From assembly GCA_026386845.1 (NCBI GenBank), contig JAPLMW010000063.1:4315-68314 (forward strand): a stretch of DNA of 64,000 nucleotides, read 5' to 3'. The stretch's first letter is position 1. Each line of letters starts with the position of its first letter. The translations under genes were made by a program, and so were the position numbers. Below, piece by piece: positions 55,386-64,000 of this stretch. The notes beneath the pieces were generated by a model that worked only from the letters and a program-made list of their open reading frames with translations, was not told the origin of the DNA and searched no databases. Origin of the DNA: Phycisphaerae bacterium. GTDB lineage: Bacteria > Planctomycetota > Phycisphaerae > Sedimentisphaerales > UBA12454.

Positions 55386-55931
55386 CTAACGGCTATTAAA
55401 TTCCACCTGCAGTATCTGTCTCAACTGTTCGGACAGCTGCTCAATTTTATCCTCGGTAAGATTCGGATTTACAACCTGAGCTTTTTCGTCCCGGCCGGTA
55501 ATTTTGACTGTCCATATTTCTTTACCGTCGATTTTCTCCGAAGAATCGTATTTGACAAGTCTTTTGCGCATCAGGACGAGCGTCAGCACAAAACGGAAGT
55601 TTATTTTTTCCTCATCGGTTTCGGCAGCCAGTCTTTCAAAAAACGACATCAGCATATCGTCATCAACAAAGATTTTCTTCTTCTTATCGTCCTTCGGCAT
55701 TACGCTTTTCCAGTAGCAGTAAACCGCAGGTCTGTTCGCCATCCAATATTCGGCGCTGTAATCCCTGCGTTCGAATCCGCCTGCGGTGAGCTTGCCTGCA
55801 CTGAGCTTCGTCGAAGTGTCGAATCCGCCGGTAATTTCCACCAAAGCAGCGATAAATTCCTCGTCCGGCTCTATCGCCCTGCCGCTGCCGGCACATACGC
55901 CCAGCGGTTTATGTATATCCCATTCCGCCAT
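55386..55931 (-). CDS. hypothetical protein
   Basis: 181-aa ORF coupled to comEA upstream by a 1-nt overlap. Contains a repeat-derived insert (55771-55831). Confidence 0.45.
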   Translation of the reverse strand: MAEWDIHKPLGVCAGSGRAIEPDEEFIAALVEITGGFDTSTKLSAGKLTAGGFERRDYSAEYWMANRPAVYCYWKSVMPKDDKKKKIFVDDDMLMSFFERLAAETDEEKINFRFVLTLVLMRKRLVKYDSSEKIDGKEIWTVKITGRDEKAQVVNPNLTEDKIEQLSEQLRQILQVEFNSR

Positions 55932-56275
55932 TAATCGTTTACCTGTTCAAAATTAAGCCACGGTTTTATTTTTTCAGCAGTTTTTTCGCCAATGCCTTTA
56001 ACTTTATCAAGGTCGCCTGTATTTTTAAATGCTTTTTCCCTGCCCTGACGGTATTCGACGATTGCCTTTGCCTTGGCAGGACCTATGCCCGGCAGTTCGG
56101 CAAGTTCGCTGACAGAGGCAATATTAGGGTTGATTTTTCCGGTCTGAGCAAAAACTGTATTTTCACAATGCCGCAGAGCCGGCAAAGCAAAACAAAGATT
56201 TAAAATAACGCCCGCGAAAAAAACCGCCGCAAGAATTCTTATCTGCCGCTTATTTTCATCATTCGAATAATTCAT
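55931..56275 (-). CDS. comEA: ComEA-family helix-hairpin-helix DNA-binding protein
   Basis: 114-aa ORF with a TM anchor plus INPNIASVSELAELPGIGPAKAKAIVEYR. Confidence 0.8.
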   Translation of the reverse strand: MNYSNDENKRQIRILAAVFFAGVILNLCFALPALRHCENTVFAQTGKINPNIASVSELAELPGIGPAKAKAIVEYRQGREKAFKNTGDLDKVKGIGEKTAEKIKPWLNFEQVND

Positions 56276-56293
56276 AGGCCGGCCGAATAACTA

Positions 56294-57781
56294 TCATCCT
56301 TTTTGCAGAATTTTACGCTGCAGTTTTACCATTGTCATAAACGCCTTTTTGGGCTGGAACTTGTCCGTCAGCAGTCCTCCTCCCGCAAGGACATTTTCAT
56401 TTCCATCCGCGAGAGCCGAGTAGGTTACGGTATTAACAAAGGTTTTGCTGAACGCGATTTTGCAGAATTCTTCTATCCATTTTGCCTGCTGGGCCTGATC
56501 CCAAGGTTTATACCACATTCCCGCCTGCTGCTGCCCCTGACCTTCCGCATCGTTGGTATCCGGCACGCCGAAGGAAGTTATATGCAGAGGTTTTGGAATT
56601 GGCGCGAACCGGTCAAGCATAGCAGAAATCTGCATCATATCGCGGACTTGCATTCCCGGCACATTTTTGCCGAAGACCATTTGAACACCGAGGGCATCGT
56701 AGTTTATGCCCGCCTGCGTTACCATATCAATATAAACCAGCGGCGGTATGGTATCCTGATTATGCGCGTAATATTCGCCCCACGGACAGACTATTTCAAT
56801 CATCTTGAGGCTTCTGTTGTCGGCCTCTCTTGCGGCAAGACAGGCTGTTCTGGTAATTTCCAGAACCTTCTCGAAGGTGAACGCAAAATGGTTATAGGCG
56901 TTCAGGCCGCCCAGCACAAGCCAGATGTGAACATATTTTGCGTATCGGGTTACGACCTTTGAAACAAATTCATAACTGGCCTCGCGGATAATTTCAAAAT
57001 CGGTCTGCCCCCTAAGCCATTCAGGCAAAGACTTTTCCTCGAAGCATAACAGCGGCCCTGCGCAAATAAGCATTCTTTTTTTGCCCAGAATTTCAATGCA
57101 TTTGTCCAGTTCTGTAAAATCATACTCGCCTTTAACGGCTTCGATTTTGGACCATTCGACAGGTATTGAAATATGAGCGAAAAGCTCGAATACGGCCTTG
57201 AGGTAATTTTTGTTTTCAAGCTTTTTCGGGTCAACTATACAGCCCAGACTTGAACGCGCAAAACTGCGGCTTTTGAGTCTCGTCTCAAAAATAACCTCGG
57301 AGTATTTCAAGGCAAGCTGTTCGGAATATTTCAAGGCCTTTACAAGACAACCATCGGCCAATACAGACGCCTTGCCCGGCTCATTGATATTCTCGAGCAT
57401 CTGTATGAAAAGCCATTGAATCTCTTCGGCTTGTTCGCCGAGATAGCTCTTCTGGTCAAAAATCGACCAATCCTCGCGTTTAAAGGTTATTTCCATCAGC
57501 TTCGCGCGGGCCAGCTCGACATTTAAAATATAAGGCTGTTCCCTTTCCGGAAGGCGCGTCGTACAAAGCGATATGCTGCCAAAACCCTCAACAGGCCATA
57601 GCAGCGACAGTCCGGCCGGCTCGGAAGCGCTTCTTTCTTTGCAGTCTATTATTCCATCCTGAAAAGTTACGAACTTGGTGCTGCGAAACGGTATCCTATC
57701 CATGCCGAATAACGTAACGCCGGTAAGTATAAAGTCTTTGGCTATCTCGCCTTTTCTGAATACCTGAAATTTCACTGTCAA
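56294..57781 (-). CDS. putative TIM-barrel glycoside-hydrolase-like protein
   Basis: 495-aa ORF. The segment VEWSKIEAVKGEYDFTELDKCIEIL resembles the GH10/clan-A pattern. Catalytic residues were not verified. Confidence 0.35.
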   Translation of the reverse strand: MTVKFQVFRKGEIAKDFILTGVTLFGMDRIPFRSTKFVTFQDGIIDCKERSASEPAGLSLLWPVEGFGSISLCTTRLPEREQPYILNVELARAKLMEITFKREDWSIFDQKSYLGEQAEEIQWLFIQMLENINEPGKASVLADGCLVKALKYSEQLALKYSEVIFETRLKSRSFARSSLGCIVDPKKLENKNYLKAVFELFAHISIPVEWSKIEAVKGEYDFTELDKCIEILGKKRMLICAGPLLCFEEKSLPEWLRGQTDFEIIREASYEFVSKVVTRYAKYVHIWLVLGGLNAYNHFAFTFEKVLEITRTACLAAREADNRSLKMIEIVCPWGEYYAHNQDTIPPLVYIDMVTQAGINYDALGVQMVFGKNVPGMQVRDMMQISAMLDRFAPIPKPLHITSFGVPDTNDAEGQGQQQAGMWYKPWDQAQQAKWIEEFCKIAFSKTFVNTVTYSALADGNENVLAGGGLLTDKFQPKKAFMTMVKLQRKILQKG

Positions 57782-57888
57782 ATCCTAAAAGCTATACGAA
57801 AAGCGAGATTATAGCACTAAACAGCTCTAAATCAATTAATTTCGGGAGGCTTGTCCGCCGGCGGCGGAACAGGAAGATATAAGCAGGG

Positions 57889-58350
57889 TTAATTTACGCT
57901 GGTAAGAACGGGCATTTCTCCGCTATGGGATGCCTTACGGCAGAAAATGGTTTTCTCGATTTCGCCGGATTCTCTCAACTGCTGATTTTCCTCAATTAAG
58001 CCTGCTATCGTGGAGAACTGCTCAAGTATGATTTCGATAAAGTCAACAGACCCGAACGATTCAGCCGGCAAAAGCATTACAGCATAACCAATACCTTCTC
58101 GTCGCGATGCGCCGCAGCAGGAAAGACCTGAAGCGGCAATGAAATAGCTGTCAATCTGCGAAAATAACGGCTCCTGGCCGTCATCGACCCTTCTGCAAAG
58201 CTCATCCAACAGCCGCTGGTCGGCAAAGACCCGCTCGAAAATGTCCAGCTTGTTCGAGACATAACTGCCGTTGTGATTGAGAATCGCAAGAACAATATCG
58301 GTATCAGCGAAACTGCCGAAAACTGACTGTGCTATTTGATTAATTGTCAT
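57889..58350 (-). CDS. hypothetical protein
   Basis: I chose the ATG at 58350 (MTINQ). The longer 207-aa version would overlap the upstream AP2-HNH gene by 95 nt. Confidence 0.35.
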   Translation of the reverse strand: MTINQIAQSVFGSFADTDIVLAILNHNGSYVSNKLDIFERVFADQRLLDELCRRVDDGQEPLFSQIDSYFIAASGLSCCGASRREGIGYAVMLLPAESFGSVDFIEIILEQFSTIAGLIEENQQLRESGEIEKTIFCRKASHSGEMPVLTSVN

Positions 58351-58417
58351 AGCGATAGTTTCGTCAAATAAAAGCAGGCGTTTAATCAAAAATATATAAA
58401 CATCGGGAAAATAATAA

Positions 58418-59065
58418 TTATAGGACGTGTTTTGGCTGATGGCCGTTAACATTTGACATCTGAAAATTAAGCGAAGCAAACCTGCCATGATATATTTGCG
58501 CCGCTTTATCATAAGCCTTTGCCGCTTCTACCTCGGTGTCAAAATAACCGAGAAAAATCACCCTTCTGTTTATGCCGATAGCGGCACGCCATTTTTTATG
58601 ACATTCATCCCACGTTACGCCCTTATATATTGAAGTTCCGCGATTAATTGTCTTTTTGCGATTATAGTTGTTCTCCGCGATTGTCGCTTCTCTTAAATTA
58701 CAGCGTCTGTTATCAAGGCCGTTATGGTTTTCATGGTCGATGCACTTATTTTTGGGAGGATTCATAATCTGGCGATGCATTAAAATATTTCTCCTCCTGC
58801 CGTTCTCAACTGATATTCGGTCGGCATAGAAAGTTTCGAAACTTTTCTTGGCATACCATTTGAAATCTTTGAGATGAATAAAGTCTTTGGCATCGACTAT
58901 CGCAAACCGGCCTTGCGTAAGTTTTATGCGCATAAAGGAATAGCCGAATTTGAATTTCCTGTAAAGCAATATAGGAGTTAAAGCTAATACAGCAGCAAAA
59001 TCCGGAATAGGGATGTAAAAGGGAATTTTGACCATAGGGACCTCATTTAAAATTTTTTCATTCAA
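58418..59065 (-). CDS. HNH endonuclease / AP2-domain protein (paralog of 18634-19317)
   Basis: 215-aa ORF with CIDHENHNGLDNRRCNLR and YKGVTWDECHKKWRAAIGINRRVIFLGYFDTEVEAAKAYD. Shares an N-terminal block (F.RI.LTQG..AIVD..DF) with the paralog. Confidence 0.75.
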   Translation of the reverse strand: MNEKILNEVPMVKIPFYIPIPDFAAVLALTPILLYRKFKFGYSFMRIKLTQGRFAIVDAKDFIHLKDFKWYAKKSFETFYADRISVENGRRRNILMHRQIMNPPKNKCIDHENHNGLDNRRCNLREATIAENNYNRKKTINRGTSIYKGVTWDECHKKWRAAIGINRRVIFLGYFDTEVEAAKAYDKAAQIYHGRFASLNFQMSNVNGHQPKHVL

Positions 59066-59454
59066 TCTTCAACGTTCAAGACGTTTCGCCGTCGTACCAA
59101 CGACGGCGAAATACCCCCGGCACAGGTCCGGGGGCTAATCACGTCCCTCCATATTACCTGAGAAGTTGCGCGTTTTTGTCGAAATTTGATCAAGAAAATT
59201 TTGTCCGCAATTCGTAAGTGTTTGTTAAATAAGGATATAAATTTTTTTATTTTTTCAAAGCGCGCAACTTTTTTGTTGCGCATTTTTGCTTATGTGGACA
59301 TAGCAAGTCGTTAGTTTCACGCCTGAGGCGGATAAATTTAGTCGATAGTCGTTAGTTATAGGAACGGCTTCGCCGTATTTTTCTTTGTTTTCCGCCGGTT
59401 TTAAGGCTATAATTATTACCTAATAAAAATCGAGGTTTCTTAAAGGCAAAGAAA

Positions 59455-60885
59455 ATGAGAAAACTAATTCTCGTATTGGCTTGTGCGATAATTTTTGGTT
59501 CTACTATCGCAAATGCTGACGAGAAACTCGTAGATTTAGTTAAAAAGGTAAAGCCAAGCGTTGTTCTTATAGAAACCTTCGGCAAGGACAACAAGCCAAT
59601 CGGTCAGGGAAGCGGATTCTTCATAGATAATAAAGGCAGCCTTATCACGAACCATCACGTTATCGAAGGCGCTTATTCAGCAACTATTAAAACCTCGACA
59701 GGCAAAGAATATCCGGTGCAGGGCATCGTTGCCAAAGACACCGAAGCCGATATTGTCAAACTTGTCGTGAACCTGCCGGACGCCAATATGACATTCTTAA
59801 ACCTCAGCGTAAATGTGCCTTCTGAAGGTGAGGACATTTTTGTTATAGGTAATCCCCTCGGCCTTGAATCAACCGTATCAACCGGCATCGTATCGGCAGT
59901 CCGGGATATTCCCGCCTTTGGCAAAATACTTCAAATAACTGCCCCTATTTCGCACGGCTCAAGCGGAAGTCCGGTTATAAATAGCAAAGGTGAGGTAATA
60001 GGCATTGCGACCCTTATCGTAACAGAAGGTCAGAATCTCAATTTTGCGATTCCCAGCGACAAAATCATTGCCCTCAAAGAAACATCAAAAACGCCAATAT
60101 TTGAAGCATACGCCTCGCTGACAGTCGATGCGAACGATGCCCAATCGCTTTTTGAAAAAGGTGTAAAGGAATTATGGCAGGAAAACTGGTCTGCCGCACT
60201 TACTTATTTCCGAAAGGCAACAGAAAAGAACTCGCAAGACGCCGGTGCGTGGATTCTTGCTGGTTATTGTTACGACAAGCTTGGCCGTTATCAGGAGGCG
60301 ATAGAGGCCTATAAGCAGGCCATTAGAATCAAGCCGGATTTTGCCGAGGCGTATCTTTGTCTTGGCGCTACCTACGGCAAACTTGGCCGCTACCAAGATG
60401 AGATAGAATCCTATAAACAAGCTATCAGGATCAAGCCGGATTACGCCGATGCACATTATAATCTTGGCGTTTCCTATGGCGAACTTGGCCGCTATCAAGA
60501 TGAGATAGAATCCTATAAACAAGCTATCAGGATCAAGCCGGACTATGCCGAGGCTCACGGTAATCTTGGCGTTGCCTACAAAAATTTGGGCCGTTACCAG
60601 GAGGCGATAGAAGCCTTAAAACAGGCAATTAGAATCAAACCGGATTTAGCAGAGGCACACTATAATCTTGGCGTTACCTACGACAGACTCGGCCGTTACC
60701 AGGAGGCGATAGAAGCCTATAAGCAGGCCATCAGAATCAAGCCTGATTTTGCCGAGGCACACTATAATCTTGGTATTACCTATTTAATAATTGGCAACAA
60801 AGGTTCTGCGTTGGAGGAGTATAAAATCCTCAAAACTTTAGATGCAGAAAGAGCCAACAAACTTTTTAATCTGATTTACAAATAG
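59455..60885 (+). CDS. secreted trypsin-like (S1C) serine protease fused to TPR repeats
   Basis: 476-aa ORF with a signal peptide, the catalytic contexts TNHHV, DIVKL and GSSGSPV, and about seven 34-aa TPR units. Confidence 0.8.
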   Translation: MRKLILVLACAIIFGSTIANADEKLVDLVKKVKPSVVLIETFGKDNKPIGQGSGFFIDNKGSLITNHHVIEGAYSATIKTSTGKEYPVQGIVAKDTEADIVKLVVNLPDANMTFLNLSVNVPSEGEDIFVIGNPLGLESTVSTGIVSAVRDIPAFGKILQITAPISHGSSGSPVINSKGEVIGIATLIVTEGQNLNFAIPSDKIIALKETSKTPIFEAYASLTVDANDAQSLFEKGVKELWQENWSAALTYFRKATEKNSQDAGAWILAGYCYDKLGRYQEAIEAYKQAIRIKPDFAEAYLCLGATYGKLGRYQDEIESYKQAIRIKPDYADAHYNLGVSYGELGRYQDEIESYKQAIRIKPDYAEAHGNLGVAYKNLGRYQEAIEALKQAIRIKPDLAEAHYNLGVTYDRLGRYQEAIEAYKQAIRIKPDFAEAHYNLGITYLIIGNKGSALEEYKILKTLDAERANKLFNLIYK

Positions 60886-60985
60886 AATTCTCGAACCCAC
60901 CCACTCTTTTACTGCTCGGCCTCAGTGCGGTGATGCTGAATTGAATTAAAAGACTTGGTTGCGTAGCCAAGCGTTTAATATGGGA
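60886..60985 (+). repeat. PEP-CTERM-tail-like repeat, copy 3 (frameshifted remnant)
   Basis: One frame reads ILEP and the adjacent frame PTLLLLGLSAVMLN*. Starts directly after the protease stop codon and is followed by the hairpin cttgg-ttgcgtag-ccaag. Confidence 0.55.
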
Positions 60986-61014
60986 AATGGCGATTAAACT
61001 ATCTGGAGATTGAA

Positions 61015-61557
61015 ATGGGAAATGCTATCTTTACTCTAATTGGTGCTATTTTGGGTTATGTGGCCGGTGTTATAAAAGATGTAATAAACAATAAACACGA
61101 GTTAAATAAAATACGTTTTACTAAACTTCACGAAAAGCAGGCATATGTTGTAGCGGAATTATATTCAAGGATTGTCGAGGTTAATGAAAAAGCTATGGCT
61201 TATTTCTCTCCCGTTGGCACTATGAAACCTGACGAAAGACTACCATTAGCAGATGCCCTTGGAGATGCGATAGTAGAATTCTTGAAATTTTATCGACCAA
61301 ATGAAATATATCTAAGCGATTCAACATGCAATTTAATTAACAAATTATCAAACTCTTTAATAAGTGTCGCAGGAACATATTCAATATACTTACGTTTTCA
61401 CCAAGACGCTATCAATGGGAATGAAAGAAAAGAAGTGGCACACAAAGAACTTGAAGCTTGGGAAGATGGATATTACTCTATCCAAAAAAATGGCACACTT
61501 TCCAACATATTAAAAGAACTCAAAGCAGAACTAAGAAATTTAATAGGTGTAAAATAA
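61015..61557 (+). CDS. hypothetical protein (low-GC)
   Basis: 180-aa ORF with GGAGATTGAA upstream of the ATG. Very AT-rich, no family recognised. Confidence 0.4.
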   Translation: MGNAIFTLIGAILGYVAGVIKDVINNKHELNKIRFTKLHEKQAYVVAELYSRIVEVNEKAMAYFSPVGTMKPDERLPLADALGDAIVEFLKFYRPNEIYLSDSTCNLINKLSNSLISVAGTYSIYLRFHQDAINGNERKEVAHKELEAWEDGYYSIQKNGTLSNILKELKAELRNLIGVK

Positions 61558-61852
61558 ATCCTTCCTCAAGAATAAAAAACTCTTGCTTGGTCAGGAATAA
61601 TAGGGGCCGTTGGGGCTGTTGAAAAAACCTGAAAAATAAAACCCCGCCTGAGACGAACAAGTCGGGGGCAAATCTAAATGCTGCCGGCGGAAAGATAATT
61701 ATCCGATTTTAAATAATTCTGCACATAATCCTTTACGGCGTCCGTCTTCGCTAAGAGCTACGACGCGATGCAATCCGTCTTCCATCCTTCGTCCGCCAAG
61801 ACGGACTACGGAGGACAGGTCGCCAAGGCTTCGGACGGACAGGAGGGCAGGG

Positions 61853-62836
61853 CTAAATATTATTGGAAGATAAATAACTGTCTGTCTGCAGGTAGTTTTG
61901 GACGTAGTCTTTAACAGCAATTTCGAGAGTAGTCGGCTGCTTGTCGCAGCCTGCCTTTCGCAATTTTGTGATGTCAGCCTGTGTGAAATACTGATATTTA
62001 TCGCGAATCGCAGACGGGGTATCTATAAACTCTATATTCGGGTCAACGCCCACCGCGGCAAATAAGGCGTTAGCCAAATCGAGCCAGGTGCGGGGTGTGC
62101 CTGCGCCGATATTGAAAATGCCGGCGGACTTTTTGTTATCAAGGAAAAACAGCGTCATATCGACAGCATCTTTTACATAAAGAAAATCTCTCATCTGAGC
62201 GCCATCTTTATAGGCGGGATTATGCGACTTGAAAAGCCGAACCTTGCCCGTCTGCTTTATCTGCTGGAAACCTTTTAAGACGAAGCTGGCCATATCGGCT
62301 TTGTGATATTCATTCGGGCCAAAGACGTTGAAATATTTTAAGCCGACAATTTTTTTCAGCATTCCGTTACTGATAACCCAGAGGTCAAACATCTGTTTTG
62401 ACCAGCCATACATATTTAAAGGCTGAAGCTGGCTTAATTTTGATTCATCATCGCTGAAGCCTTTTGCGCCGTCGCCGTAGGTGGCTGCGCTTGAGGCGTA
62501 AATCAGGCGTGCCTTTTTATCGAGTGCAAAGGCGGCAACGGCCTTTGAATACTCGAAATTGTTCCTGATTAGAAATGAGGCGTCGGTTTCTGTTGTCGAG
62601 GAACAGGCACCCAGATGAAATACCGTATCGACGGGCAAAGCGAACCGGCCGGCGGTAATTATATCGAGAAAATCATCGGCTTCGAGATAATCGGCGAAAG
62701 AGAGATTACGCAGATTCTTCCACTTCTCATCCTTACCAAGGATATCGACAATTAGAATATCTGATACGCCTTTTGCGTTAAGGCCTGCAATTAGAGCCGA
62801 ACCTATAAAACCAGAACCGCCAGTTACAATAATCAT
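61853..62836 (-). CDS. hldD: ADP-L-glycero-D-manno-heptose 6-epimerase
   Basis: 327-aa ORF with the Rossmann motif VTGGSGFIGS and the YGWSK catalytic context. Confidence 0.9.
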   Translation of the reverse strand: MIIVTGGSGFIGSALIAGLNAKGVSDILIVDILGKDEKWKNLRNLSFADYLEADDFLDIITAGRFALPVDTVFHLGACSSTTETDASFLIRNNFEYSKAVAAFALDKKARLIYASSAATYGDGAKGFSDDESKLSQLQPLNMYGWSKQMFDLWVISNGMLKKIVGLKYFNVFGPNEYHKADMASFVLKGFQQIKQTGKVRLFKSHNPAYKDGAQMRDFLYVKDAVDMTLFFLDNKKSAGIFNIGAGTPRTWLDLANALFAAVGVDPNIEFIDTPSAIRDKYQYFTQADITKLRKAGCDKQPTTLEIAVKDYVQNYLQTDSYLSSNNI

Positions 62837-62903
62837 AATTTCTCCAAAGATTAGATTAAAAGGGTATGAAAAAGAGGGGGTTTTGTCAATTAGAAATCCT
62901 GGC

Positions 62904-62935
62904 GTAAAAAATTGGCCGACTTCTGAGGGTCGGCC
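62904..62935 (-). terminator. intrinsic terminator
   Basis: On the minus strand, GGCCGAC-cctcagaa-GTCGGCC is followed by aaTTTTTT. Confidence 0.6.
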
Positions 62936-62983
62936 GTCTCCAATATCCCAAATGAGATTATCACCAGGCGCAACTGCGCGTTA

Positions 62984-63088
62984 TCAGCATAATGCGAGAT
63001 AACTTGCTATCGCAAGAATCAAAATCCGCTTCTTATTGAAAGTAAACGGAAGCCAAATCGTGTAATAAAAACTTCTAATTTTTGCCAT
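62984..63088 (-). CDS. possible 34-aa hydrophobic micro-protein
   Basis: MAKIRSFYYTIWLPFTFNKKRILILAIASYLALC, with AAGGTG 8 nt upstream and a terminator downstream. Too short for the ORF track. Confidence 0.25.
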   Translation of the reverse strand: MAKIRSFYYTIWLPFTFNKKRILILAIASYLALC

Positions 63089-63213
63089 TCTAAAACACCT
63101 TTTCCTGATTTAAGCGCATTATAACAAATAAAAAGGCAAAAGGCAAATATTACAGGGCATTTAAATTGTAACCTCTTGCAAACAAAGGAGTTGTATAAGC
63201 CTGATTTTGTCCG

Positions 63214-64000
63214 TTAATCAAACAATGCTTCGACAAATGTCTCGGGGTCGAACTCGGCAATATCCTGGGGCTTTTCGCCAAGACCTACAAACTTGACCGG
63301 AATATCTAATTGATCCTTAATCGCAATAACGATTCCGCCGCGCGCCGTGCCGTCAAGCTTTGCGAGAAATATGCCGGTAACTTTGATGGCCTCGGTGAAC
63401 ATTTTTGCCTGTGCGATGGCATTCTGGCCTGTCGTGGCATCGAGAACCAGCAGAACCTCGTGCGGCGATGTCGGTATCTGCTTTGCCACGACATCACGAA
63501 TTTTCGTAAGCTCCTTCATAAGATTTTTCTGGGTATGAAGTCTGCCTGCCGTATCGAGAATGAGATATTGCGCACCTCTTGCAGTCGCCGCGGAACAGGC
63601 GTCAAAAGCAACGGCTGCAGGGTCCGAACCTGACGGCTGCTTGATAATATCAACGCCGATTCGCTCTGCCCAGATTGTAAGCTGCTCAACGGCCGCTGCG
63701 CGAAACGTATCACAGGCGGCGACAATAACCTTTTCGCCGCTGCGGCTTAAAGTATAAGCGAGCTTGGCAATACTCGTGGTTTTGCCTGAGCCGTTGACGC
63801 CGGCGACGAGAATAACTGTTGGACCCGCTGAAGATTTGTTCAACTGCCGGCTCTGAACCGGCCAGTAATTCTTGATATGCTCCTTCAGAAACGGGATAAT
63901 ATCATCGGTTTTTACGATTTTCCTTGAGCGGTAAGCCTCCCTGAGGTCTGAAACCAATTTGTCCGTCATTTCAACACCGATATCATCACTTATCAGCGTT
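63214..64000 (-). CDS. ftsY: signal recognition particle receptor FtsY (5' end beyond the window)
   Basis: NG domain with [14 protein letters not shown] and the TKLDG-like [10 protein letters not shown]. The reading frame stays open to position 64000. Confidence 0.9.
   Translation of the reverse strand, partial: TLISDDIGVEMTDKLVSDLREAYRSRKIVKTDDIIPFLKEHIKNYWPVQSRQLNKSSAGPTVILVAGVNGSGKTTSIAKLAYTLSRSGEKVIVAACDTFRAAAVEQLTIWAERIGVDIIKQPSGSDPAAVAFDACSAATARGAQYLILDTAGRLHTQKNLMKELTKIRDVVAKQIPTSPHEVLLVLDATTGQNAIAQAKMFTEAIKVTGIFLAKLDGTARGGIVIAIKDQLDIPVKFVGLGEKPQDIAEFDPETFVEALFD

Noticed and set aside
55768-55790. tRNA-like T-arm sequence gcgttcgaatccgcc
   Set aside because: It lies inside an open reading frame as part of a dispersed repeat. 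No acceptor, D or anticodon arms can be folded around it.
55332-55934. 200-aa + strand ORF and other long overlapping ORFs (for example 1346-1864, 3251-3682, 4347-4793, 31371-31976, 56303-56962)
   Set aside because: Each is antisense to or out of frame with a gene that has clear family motifs or operon coupling. None has an independent signature.
57889-58512. Long (207-aa) version of the hypothetical gene
   Set aside because: Its first 54 codons would overlap the 3' end of the AP2-HNH gene by 95 nt and run through AT-rich non-coding-looking sequence. I used the internal ATG at 58350 instead.
1-64000. Search for transposases, integrases, phage genes, toxin-antitoxin pairs and restriction-modification genes to explain the islets
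   Set aside because: None of the ORFs shows such motifs. The mobility of the low-GC islets and of the STAND-RT operon therefore remains inferred from composition, synteny break and flanking repeats only.

Overview
This is a 64-kb chromosomal window from a Gram-negative bacterium. Gene content, decayed PEP-CTERM-like tails and the word-like intergenic repeats hint at a PVC/Planctomycetota-like lineage, but that is only a guess. I can support about 60 CDSs and one tRNA-Gly(GCC). I found no rRNA, CRISPR array, transposase or integrase. Core genes: ilvD, two tandem clpP paralogs, tig, plsY, an NAD-type isocitrate dehydrogenase, rnc, a yhaM-like nuclease, comM, tspO, queA, ptsN, a homocysteine methyltransferase, comEA and partial ftsY. 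There is an ADP-heptose/LPS-core block (GT4, LPS kinase, GT9 heptosyltransferase, gmhB, gmhA, hldE, lpxK), with hldD further right. There is also a hybrid histidine kinase plus REC-HD-GYP pair and a PIG-L/GT4/GDE-like/GT operon. The stand-out is an AT-rich, translationally coupled two-gene operon on the + strand (12609-16240). It encodes a STAND-type P-loop NTPase with TPR repeats, followed by a 533-aa YMDD reverse transcriptase that does not look like a group II intron, retron or DGR enzyme. The operon sits in opposite orientation inside the usually contiguous tig-clpP locus and is flanked by repeat-rich DNA that may encode ncRNA. I rate it a candidate undescribed RT-based, defence-type system. 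Other observations: low-GC cassette-like islets bordered by PEP-CTERM-tail-like repeats; GC-rich hairpin repeat families lying in frame inside CDSs; a shared SD/anti-SD RNA module upstream of hldE and a SYLF lipoprotein gene; an sRNA candidate bounded by a promoter and a terminator; and two AP2-HNH paralogs, one abutting the tRNA.
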